DNA of 33,490 nt from Thioploca sp. (GTDB lineage: Bacteria; Pseudomonadota; Gammaproteobacteria; Beggiatoales; Beggiatoaceae): positions 1-33,490 of the forward strand of contig DRQV01000070.1 of assembly GCA_011371325.1 (NCBI GenBank). Reading direction: 5' to 3'. A model generated the notes under the pieces. It saw nothing but the letters and a program-made list of their open reading frames with translations, was not told the origin of the DNA and made no database searches. The position numbers and the translations under genes were made by a program. This document shows, one piece after another, positions 1 through 7,638 of the stretch (positions are counted from its first letter, which is position 1; each line of letters starts with the position of its first letter).

Positions 1-24
1 ATTCTTAATTCAATAACTTTAATC

Positions 25-53
25 TTGCAATATTCCATTGTAAATGCGATAAT
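25..53 (+). promoter_or_regulatory. Putative sigma70 promoter of nirF
   Basis: TTGCAA (25-30), 17-bp spacer, GATAAT (48-53) preceded by TG (extended -10); about 100 bp upstream of the nirF ATG. The AT-rich background lowers specificity. Confidence 0.5.
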
Positions 54-151
54 TTTTTTTTCAGAGTTTGGTTACTATTTATCTACTATCCTGATTTGTA
101 AATAAAGAATTTCATAACTCAATATTTAATCACTTTAATTTTAAAAAATTT

Positions 152-1315
152 ATGAAAACCTGGCTATATTTATCAATATTTATATTACCAATAATAACTC
201 AAGCTGCTATATTGCGTGGCAGTGGTGATTTAGGAGTTATAATTGAACGAGCTAAAGGCAGTGTGTTGGTAGTTGATACTACTATTCATAAAAGTTTAGG
301 TAGAGTGAAAAACTTGGGGGATTTATCTCATGCTTCTGTGGTTTATTCTCGTGATCAAAGATATGCCTATATATTTGGACGAGATGGTGGCTTAACTAGG
401 CTGGATATTTTACGTAGAAGAGTTACTCATCGTATTATGCAATCTGGTAATAGTATAGGTGGAGCAATTTCTCAAGATGGTAAGTTGATTGCGGTATCTA
501 ATTATACTCCTGGTGGGGTTAAAGTATTTGATGCAATGACATTGGAACAGGTGGCAGATATTCCCGCCAAATTTGGAATAAATGATCAACTTTCAAAAGT
601 AATTGGTTTGGTCGATGTTCCTAATCAACATTTTGCATTTAGTTTATTTGATGCTGGTGAAATTTGGCTAGCTGATATGCACATCCCTAAATCTCCAAGA
701 ATTCTTAAGTTTAAAAATGTTGGTCGGCAACCTTACGATGCTTTAATTTCTCCAGATGGTCGTTATTATATCGCTGGATTATTTGGTGACAGTGGTTTTG
801 CATTGTTAGATTTATGGAATGTTTATGCTGGGGTAAAACGGATTTTGCCAGACTATGGCAAGGATAAACCAAAATTACCAGTATATAAAATGCCACATTT
901 GGAAGGTTGGGCGGTAGCTGGTAATTACATTTTTCTACCTGCTATTGGTCAACATGAAGTGTTAGTAATGAAAAATTGGCAACAAGTGAAAACTATTCCA
1001 GTTCATGGCCAACCAGTTTTTGTGATGGCTCGACCAGATGGCCGTCATATTTGGGTTAATTTTGCGATGCCAAATAATGATACTGTACAAGTTATTGATG
1101 TTATGACAATGAATATCATCAAAACTCTTAAACCAGGTAAAGGAGTTCTACATATGGAATTTGCTCCACGTGGAGAAGAGGTATGGGTATCAGTACGTGA
1201 TAAGGATAAAGTAATTATTTATAATACTGAAACTTTTGCAGAAGTTGCAACCATATCAGCAGATAAACCAAGTGGTATTTTTTTTACAGCCAGAGCTCAT
1301 AAAATTGGATTGTAA
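152..1315 (+). CDS. nirF: Heme d1 biosynthesis protein NirF (periplasmic cytochrome d1-type beta-propeller)
   Basis: N-terminal signal peptide; NirF motifs RGSGDLGVIIERA, GDLSHAS, FGRDGGL, GNSIGGAIS, LPVYKMPHLEGW, GQPVFVMARPDGR and C-terminal KPSGIFFTARA; no CxxCH, so not NirS or NirN. Confidence 0.93.
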   Translation: MKTWLYLSIFILPIITQAAILRGSGDLGVIIERAKGSVLVVDTTIHKSLGRVKNLGDLSHASVVYSRDQRYAYIFGRDGGLTRLDILRRRVTHRIMQSGNSIGGAISQDGKLIAVSNYTPGGVKVFDAMTLEQVADIPAKFGINDQLSKVIGLVDVPNQHFAFSLFDAGEIWLADMHIPKSPRILKFKNVGRQPYDALISPDGRYYIAGLFGDSGFALLDLWNVYAGVKRILPDYGKDKPKLPVYKMPHLEGWAVAGNYIFLPAIGQHEVLVMKNWQQVKTIPVHGQPVFVMARPDGRHIWVNFAMPNNDTVQVIDVMTMNIIKTLKPGKGVLHMEFAPRGEEVWVSVRDKDKVIIYNTETFAEVATISADKPSGIFFTARAHKIGL

Positions 1316-1339
1316 ATAATTTAAAAAATTTGGATAACT

Positions 1340-1371
1340 GGATTACCCTTACAAATTGGTAGAGGTAATCC
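1340..1371. terminator. Imperfect hairpin downstream of nirF
   Basis: GGATTACC...GGTAATCC arms with inner TAC/GTA pairing; no clear U-tract. Confidence 0.35.
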
Positions 1372-1460
1372 GATTAATCTAATGGATGATTTCTAATAAT
1401 GTTATAATAATTTCTGCTGTAATAAAATTTATAATGTATTTATATAATAGGAAAATAACT

Positions 1461-3032
1461 ATGAAATTAAAATATTCATTAATAATATTTATTTTAAGCT
1501 ATGGAAGCATTCAAAATTCATTAGCTGAAAGTTTATTTAAACAATATAAAATGCCAGCTTTGGATAGAATCACCAACTCTTCTCCAATCAAAGAACTGAT
1601 ATATAAATCTAAAGTTTTAAAACGTTCCAAAACAGTCTCAATTTCATTAGATGCTATAAATGATCCAAAAACTTATCAGGCTCAATTACGCATTGAAATT
1701 AAAGATAGTTTACCAAATTTAGCAACTGAAAAAACCGTAAAATTTACTGGCAATAAAACTAGTGAATTAAATCATTTTTTACAAAGTATTACTGATAATA
1801 AAACCATTATTTTACAAAATTCTCAAATAATTGGTGACGAAACTTTATTCATACCAGAAAATACGGTGTTATTAGGCAGTAATACCATACTACTGTCTTC
1901 TGTTTCACCTAGTATTTCAATCTCTGCCGATAATATTACAATAAAAGATTTAATTATCAGGGCTACTGGAATTGGTGTTCAAATTACTAATGCGGTGGGA
2001 GTTATAATACAAAATTTACAACTCACGGATTCTGGACGTGGGATTGCGGTATTAACAGATAGTCACTTTATTGAAATGGATCAAATCCAAATTAAAAATC
2101 CCAAACAAGGTGGAATTTTAATTCAAGGTAATGTATCTCACGTATGGTTACATAACTCACAAATTAGTAATGGTCAACGAGCAGATCATGGTGGAGCTGG
2201 AATATTAATTAGTGATGCCAAACCTAAATCAAACTTGGAAGAAAGTACTGTAACTAAATCTATTACGGAACATATTTGGCCATTAACAAAATCCATTCCT
2301 TATGCTTTGTTAATCGAACATAATATTGTAACTGATAACTTGGCTCAAGGAATATACATTGATGGTGGCTATGGTTTAGTGATTCAAAACAACCAACTAC
2401 AAAATAATGATAAAGAAGGGCTATCTTTAGAATTTGGTTCTGTTAATAATATTGTAATGGAAAATACCTTGTTTCATAATGGTTTTCGGATTAGACAAAC
2501 AGATAGAGATTTAAAAGATGATTTAACTCTTAGTTTTGGTCGTTTAGCTGATGGTTCAGCAGTTTCTAAATTACCAGGTATTTCCGTGGATAATGCTGCT
2601 CAAAACCTAATATTATGGAATATTATTAACAATAATGCTGGTGATGGTATCAAGATGGTGAGAAGTGGAATTCGTAATATTGCTATGTTCAATTCTATAA
2701 TTAGTAATAACGAAGGCCATAATAAATATTTTCATTATTTTGGGATAGTATTGGGTAGTGCTGGTATAGAATCTAAACTTGATCCTAATAATACCACTAT
2801 TGATTTTTTGCCAGCCATTGAAAATATTATTGCAGGCAATATGATTTATGGAAAACATTGGGCTGGTATTTTTTTGGATAGAGGTGCCTCCTTTAATGAT
2901 ATTTACGATAATATGATACGTCATTATCGGCTTTCTCCCCTAGATTCCACCAGTTCTAATTTTAATAGTATTGTTGGTAATAGTTGGCAAAATTCTTCAT
3001 CTAGCTCTTGGTTAGATAGAATATTTAATTAG
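1461..3032 (+). CDS. Secreted right-handed parallel beta-helix (pectin lyase-like / NosD-like fold) protein
   Basis: Repeated Asn/Ile/Gly-rich rungs (NIVTDNLAQGIYID, NNQLQNNDKEGL, NIINNNAGDGI, NIIAGNMIYG). Start moved from 1386 to ATG 1461, which has an AGGA RBS and gives the signal peptide MKLKYSLIIFILSYGSIQNSLA. Confidence 0.8.
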   Translation: MKLKYSLIIFILSYGSIQNSLAESLFKQYKMPALDRITNSSPIKELIYKSKVLKRSKTVSISLDAINDPKTYQAQLRIEIKDSLPNLATEKTVKFTGNKTSELNHFLQSITDNKTIILQNSQIIGDETLFIPENTVLLGSNTILLSSVSPSISISADNITIKDLIIRATGIGVQITNAVGVIIQNLQLTDSGRGIAVLTDSHFIEMDQIQIKNPKQGGILIQGNVSHVWLHNSQISNGQRADHGGAGILISDAKPKSNLEESTVTKSITEHIWPLTKSIPYALLIEHNIVTDNLAQGIYIDGGYGLVIQNNQLQNNDKEGLSLEFGSVNNIVMENTLFHNGFRIRQTDRDLKDDLTLSFGRLADGSAVSKLPGISVDNAAQNLILWNIINNNAGDGIKMVRSGIRNIAMFNSIISNNEGHNKYFHYFGIVLGSAGIESKLDPNNTTIDFLPAIENIIAGNMIYGKHWAGIFLDRGASFNDIYDNMIRHYRLSPLDSTSSNFNSIVGNSWQNSSSSSWLDRIFN

Positions 3033-3063
3033 AGAATATTCCAAATTAGAGAATATTCCAAAT
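3027..3063. repeat. 17-bp perfect tandem duplication spanning the stop codon
   Basis: AATTAGAGAATATTCCA at 3027-3043 and 3044-3060, followed by AAT. Confidence 0.85.
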
Positions 3064-3099
3064 AATTTCTAGTGTTTAGAATTTAAAGTTATATATAAA

Positions 3100-3152
3100 A
3101 TGAAGTTGGTAAATCTGGCTTATTTAATTCGCCAAATCTTTACTTACTTCAT
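3100..3152. terminator. Long imperfect inverted repeat between convergent genes
   Basis: ATGAAGT..GTAAA..TGGC / GCCA..TTTAC..ACTTCAT arms, between the beta-helix gene and manC. Confidence 0.4.
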
Positions 3153-3161
3153 AGATAACAA

Positions 3162-4577
3162 TCAACTATCTCGTCCATACACATCTTCATAACGGACGAT
3201 ATCATCTTCACCTAAATAACTACCTGATTGAACTTCGATAATTTCTAATGGAATCCTACCCTGATTTTCTAATCTGTGTTTAGTACCTATTGGAATATAA
3301 GTGGATTGATTTTCAGTAAGAACAAATATTTCATCATTTTTAGTTATCTTAGCTGTACCTTGCACAACCACCCAATGCTCAGAACGATGATAATGCATTT
3401 GTAAAGATAAACTAGAACCAGGATTAACTGTAATTCGTTTTACTTGAAATCTTTCTTTAATATCAATAGTTTCATAGTATCCCCAAGGTCGGTAAACTTT
3501 ACGATGCAATTCTGTTTCACTTCGTTGACAGACTTTCAATTGGGAAACAATTTGTTTAACATCCTGCACTTTATCTTTATGAGCAACTAATACAGCATCG
3601 GCAGTTTCTATCACGGTTAAATCTTGGATCCCCACTGCTGCTAATAAACGATGTTCAGCTCGTAGATAACTGTTAGTAACGTTTTCTGTAATTACATCAC
3701 CCAAAGTAACATTGCCATTATTATCTTGTTCACTAACTTCCCACAATGATGACCACGCACCAACATCATTCCAACCAGCATCTAATGGAATTACTACTGC
3801 CGAATCAGTATGTTCCATGACTGCATAGTCGATTGAATCACTTGTACAAGCTTTAAATGCTCCTGAATCTAAACGTAAAAAATCTTCATCTTCTAAAGCA
3901 TTATCAACTGCTAATCTACAAGTTCCCAAAATATCTGGGGCAAATTTTTCTAGCTCTTGTAAATATTTAGCAGCTTTAAATAGAAACATTCCGCTATTCC
4001 AATAATACTTACCAGATTTCAAATACTGTTTAGCTGTTTCTAAATCTGGTTTTTCAACAAAACTTTCTACTGATAAAGCAACAGTATCTTCTATAAAATC
4101 TGAAGCATTTATGTAACCATAGCCAATTTCTGGATTATTAGGTACAATTCCAAATGTAACCAAATAGTTAGCTTCAGCCAATTGAATTCCTGCCTCAATA
4201 GTTTGACAAAATGTTATTGAATCAGCAATTAAATGGTCAGCTGGTAACACCATTAAAATTGCTTCTGGGTCTTTGGCTAAAGCGGTAAAAGCAGCTACAG
4301 CTACAGCTGGTGCAGTATTACGTCCTGCTGGTTCTAAAATTATATTAGCTGGCTCAATATCAATATTATGCAATTGTTCTGCTACTAAAAATCGGTGTTT
4401 TTCATTACATATTATCAATGGATTAGCTTGTTCAGCAAGACTTGCTAAACGTAAAATTGTATTTTGTAATAAGGTATTTTTTCCAACTAAAGCTAATAGC
4501 TGTTTAGGATAATGTTCGCGGGATAAAGGCCATAAACGGCTTCCTACCCCACCAGAGAGTATAACAGGAGTTAACAT
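3162..4577 (-). CDS. manC: Mannose-1-phosphate guanylyltransferase / mannose-6-phosphate isomerase
   Basis: ILSGGVGSRLWPLSR, EPAGRNTAPA, FVEKP, WNSGMF, SIDYAVME, WNDVGAW; C-terminal cupin with RPWG and SLQMHYHRSEHW. Confidence 0.97.
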   Translation of the reverse strand: MLTPVILSGGVGSRLWPLSREHYPKQLLALVGKNTLLQNTILRLASLAEQANPLIICNEKHRFLVAEQLHNIDIEPANIILEPAGRNTAPAVAVAAFTALAKDPEAILMVLPADHLIADSITFCQTIEAGIQLAEANYLVTFGIVPNNPEIGYGYINASDFIEDTVALSVESFVEKPDLETAKQYLKSGKYYWNSGMFLFKAAKYLQELEKFAPDILGTCRLAVDNALEDEDFLRLDSGAFKACTSDSIDYAVMEHTDSAVVIPLDAGWNDVGAWSSLWEVSEQDNNGNVTLGDVITENVTNSYLRAEHRLLAAVGIQDLTVIETADAVLVAHKDKVQDVKQIVSQLKVCQRSETELHRKVYRPWGYYETIDIKERFQVKRITVNPGSSLSLQMHYHRSEHWVVVQGTAKITKNDEIFVLTENQSTYIPIGTKHRLENQGRIPLEIIEVQSGSYLGEDDIVRYEDVYGRDS

Positions 4578-4663
4578 AATTATTTTCTATATTAAGTGTA
4601 TTATTGAATTTATAACATGATGTTATACAGATCGTATGTGGTAGGGTAAGATTAGCATCATCT

Positions 4664-5173
4664 TTATAATAATTCTTCTTCTAACTTTAATGCTTCTTGA
4701 TTTAATTTAGTAAAAAATTGGAGTTTATATATATTGTCTCGAGCAAATTGATAATCTTTTTGAGTAAATTGTTTACTTAATAATTTTATTAACTGTTGTT
4801 GCTCATGTTTGAGTTTTTGTAAAAAATCATTTATAGAATCAATAGGATTTGATTGTTGTTTAATATTATGCAGTTGCTCGTATAATTCCATTTGCATCAT
4901 TAAGAATTCAGCTTCCATTTGAGGATCATTATCAGTATCTATGCCATGTAATTGTAATAAATAAAGTCCGCATTTAAGAGGGTCTTTTAAAGTTTGAAAA
5001 GCTTCATTAATTTGTACAGCTTTTTGCATGGCCAATCGCCGTTCTCTTTCTGGAGCATTAATAAATTTATCAGGATGTACCACACGTTGTAAATCCCGAT
5101 AATATGCAGAAAGTTTATGAATATCTACATCGAAAGACTGTGGCAAACCAAAAATTGTAAAGTAATTTTCCAT
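4664..5173 (-). CDS. hscB: Fe-S cluster co-chaperone HscB (J-domain)
   Basis: NYFTIFGLP, HPDKF J-domain motif, INEAFQTLKDP, EFLMMQMEL; directly after iscA. Confidence 0.95.
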   Translation of the reverse strand: MENYFTIFGLPQSFDVDIHKLSAYYRDLQRVVHPDKFINAPERERRLAMQKAVQINEAFQTLKDPLKCGLYLLQLHGIDTDNDPQMEAEFLMMQMELYEQLHNIKQQSNPIDSINDFLQKLKHEQQQLIKLLSKQFTQKDYQFARDNIYKLQFFTKLNQEALKLEEELL

Positions 5174-5499
5174 TATACAGTAAAGCTCTCACCACAACCA
5201 CATTGATCTTGAATATTAGGATTATTAAACTTAAATCCTTCATTTAAACCTTCCCTTACAAAATCTAGTTCAGTTCCTTCTAAATAAACTAAACTTTTAG
5301 GATCGACAACAATTTTAATTCCTTGTGATTCAAATGTTTGATCATGTTCTTCAATTTTATCAACAAACTCTATAGCGTAAGCCATACCAGAACAACCTGA
5401 AGTTTTAACTCCTAATCTTAAACCTATACCTTTACCACGATTGTTAAGACTTTTTTGAATATGTTTAGCAGCTTTTTCTGTAATTGTGATAGCCATCAT
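5173..5499 (-). CDS. iscA: Iron-sulfur cluster assembly protein IscA
   Basis: [36 protein letters not shown]. The true start may be the second Met (5496). Confidence 0.96.
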   Translation of the reverse strand: MMAITITEKAAKHIQKSLNNRGKGIGLRLGVKTSGCSGMAYAIEFVDKIEEHDQTFESQGIKIVVDPKSLVYLEGTELDFVREGLNEGFKFNNPNIQDQCGCGESFTV

Positions 5500-5534
5500 T
5501 TGTTACCTTTGTCATAGCGGATCATTAGATTATT

Positions 5535-5563
5535 AATCTATGGCACAATTTTATACTTTTCAA
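5535..5563 (-). promoter_or_regulatory. Putative sigma70 promoter of iscA-hscB
   Basis: Minus strand TTGAAA-17 bp-TAGATT; the -10 is one arm of the palindrome TAGATT-ATT-AATCTA (5526-5540). Confidence 0.35.
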
Positions 5564-5591
5564 CTTTTTAAAAAAAACTCGTCGTATTATC

Positions 5592-6626
5592 CTAAAATTG
5601 AGATTTTTTATTCAATAGTGTATGACTAACAAATAAGGCTATAGTAAATAATACTAACGCTCCACCTTGATGAGCAACGGCTAATATAACTGGAACTTGT
5701 AATAATAGGGTTGAAATACCAAGTGTTACTTGAATTAGCATAGCTATTAAGAAAATATTTATTCCCCAACGAATTTGGCTAGGAAATTTTGTTCTTTGAG
5801 CCATAATCCACAATGCAGTTATTATCAAAAAAACTAATGTAGCAAGTACTCGATGGTCAAATTGTACAGTAGGGATATTTTCAAACAAATTACGCCACAT
5901 GGGTTCCATACTTAAAATACCATCAGGAATCCATTGGCCAGCCATAAGTGGAAAAGTATTATAAGCCAAACCAGCTCTTAATCCAGCTACAAAGCCACCT
6001 GATAACATGGTAATAAAAATTAAACAAGTTATAATTATAGAAAAGTTGGCTAAACTATGTTTCTGTCCTTTATTTGGGTACAACAAGCCGATAGCTACCC
6101 AAAACATATAACCATAAATTACTACTGCCAATCCAAAATGAGCTGTCAATCGGTATTGACTTACATGTGGATTATCAACTAATCCGCTTTTTACCATATA
6201 CCAACCTAATAAACCTTGTAAACCACCTAAAATAAACATAATAATTAATTTAGGAACTAATGGTCTGGTAACCATACCTTTGAATATAAAAATTAGCATT
6301 GGAATTATGAAAATAATCCCAATACCACGACCTAACAATCTATGAGCATATTCAAACCAAAAAATACTCTTAAATTCTGTTAAATTCATGTGAAAATTTC
6401 TTAATTGATATTCTGGAAATTGTTGATATTGTTGAAAAGCTATTTCCCAATCGGTTTGATTAAATGGTGGTAAGATTCCCATTATTGGTTTCCACACTAC
6501 CATAGACAATCCAGAGCCTGTTAGCCTAGTTGCTCCGCCGAGTATTACCATGGCAAATATAGTTGCACAGCAGATTAATAACCAAATAGCAATAGTTCTG
6601 TTTGAAGAGCTTACAATACTGTTCAT
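5592..6626 (-). CDS. ctaA: Heme A synthase (COX15/CtaA family)
   Basis: GGATRLTGSGLS, YQQFPEY, FWFEYAHRLLGR, QGLLGWYMVKSGL, VSQYRLTAH, VQFDHR, HQGGA; about 8 TM segments. Confidence 0.96.
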   Translation of the reverse strand: MNSIVSSSNRTIAIWLLICCATIFAMVILGGATRLTGSGLSMVVWKPIMGILPPFNQTDWEIAFQQYQQFPEYQLRNFHMNLTEFKSIFWFEYAHRLLGRGIGIIFIIPMLIFIFKGMVTRPLVPKLIIMFILGGLQGLLGWYMVKSGLVDNPHVSQYRLTAHFGLAVVIYGYMFWVAIGLLYPNKGQKHSLANFSIIITCLIFITMLSGGFVAGLRAGLAYNTFPLMAGQWIPDGILSMEPMWRNLFENIPTVQFDHRVLATLVFLIITALWIMAQRTKFPSQIRWGINIFLIAMLIQVTLGISTLLLQVPVILAVAHQGGALVLFTIALFVSHTLLNKKSQF

Positions 6627-6656
6627 TTAGATTCTAAAAAATCCTTGTTAATAAAG

Positions 6657-6698
6657 TTGATTTGCATCAATGTATTCATCACTAAGTTAAGTGATAAT
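6657..6698 (+). promoter_or_regulatory. FNR/DNR-family binding site with class II promoter geometry
   Basis: Perfect TTGAT-TTGC-ATCAA at 6657-6670; GATAAT at 6693-6698 puts the box centre at -41.5 for transcription toward the oxidase/NOR operon. Confidence 0.8.
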
Positions 6699-6918
6699 TT
6701 GCTGTTATCATTATTATTTGTGGTTAACTCATAGTTAATTACTAAATAATAAATATTATGCGGTTTCCTATCCCTTAAGAATTAGCTCAATATATTTTAA
6801 ATAATTGTACACATTGGGTTCAATATGCTCTAGGATTGCAAAAAGTTTAAACCGTGTCAAGTCTAACTATAGTATATTATGTTAATAATTTTAATATTTA
6901 TACAGAGGTCACATTAAA

Positions 6919-7068
6919 ATGAGTGAAGAGAAAGAAGAACGAGTGCCTGCTATGCAAAGGCTGTTAGATAATTATTTTTTACTACTATTTCTGGGAGTAA
7001 CTATGCCTACAGTTTTTTACATTCTGTGGGGTGTTATGGAAATTGTCTCAATTCCTATCGCTAAATAA
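6919..7068 (+). CDS. 49-aa small membrane protein, first gene of the heme-copper operon (not in the ORF track)
   Basis: AGAGG RBS; MSEEKEERVPAMQRLLDNYFLLLFLGVTMPTVFYILWGVMEIVSIPIAK; acidic N-terminus then a hydrophobic stretch; ends 16 bp before subunit II. Confidence 0.85.
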   Translation: MSEEKEERVPAMQRLLDNYFLLLFLGVTMPTVFYILWGVMEIVSIPIAK

Positions 7069-7084
7069 TTGAGGAAATTAAATA

Positions 7085-7633
7085 ATGAGTGCTATATTAC
7101 CACCATCAGAACAAGTCTGGTGGAAAACACCGGTTGGTAAAGAAGAAATTGTATGGATTGCCCTAGCTTTGACCTGGTGTCTGATAATGTTTGCTATGAT
7201 GCCGATTTGGCATGTTTATGGTAAACAAAATCTTTCCAATGAAGCTTATAAAACTACTCCAGTTCAATATGAAGCTAAAGTTAAAGCTATGGTTGAACAA
7301 CATACTATTCGTACCCAATCAGTAGGTGAAATGGATGTTCCTGTAGTAGCTCCACCAGCTGGTAGTGATGTATATATATTGGGTAGACTTTGGAGTTGGT
7401 ATCCAATGTTAGAATTTAAAAAAGGTGAAAGCTATCGTTTACATCTATCATCATTAGATTGGCAACATGGATTTTCTTTACAACCAATTAATATCAATTT
7501 ACAAATAGTACCGGAGTATGAAACAGTTATTACAATAACCCCTGATACTTCTGGTGAATTCACGATTGTCTGTAATGAATATTGCGGCATTCTTCATCAT
7601 ACTATGTTAGGCAAAATTTACGTTACGGAGTAA
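7085..7633 (+). CDS. Heme-copper oxidoreductase subunit II with CuA centre (single TM, B-family-like)
   Basis: One N-terminal TM helix; CuA ligand pattern HGFSL...CNEYCGILHHTM. Confidence 0.93.
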   Translation: MSAILPPSEQVWWKTPVGKEEIVWIALALTWCLIMFAMMPIWHVYGKQNLSNEAYKTTPVQYEAKVKAMVEQHTIRTQSVGEMDVPVVAPPAGSDVYILGRLWSWYPMLEFKKGESYRLHLSSLDWQHGFSLQPININLQIVPEYETVITITPDTSGEFTIVCNEYCGILHHTMLGKIYVTE

Positions 7634-7638
7634 AATAA

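Noticed and set aside
5541-5555. TGGCAC as a sigma54 -24 element
   Set aside because: No TTGC at the -12 position and it points away from iscA.
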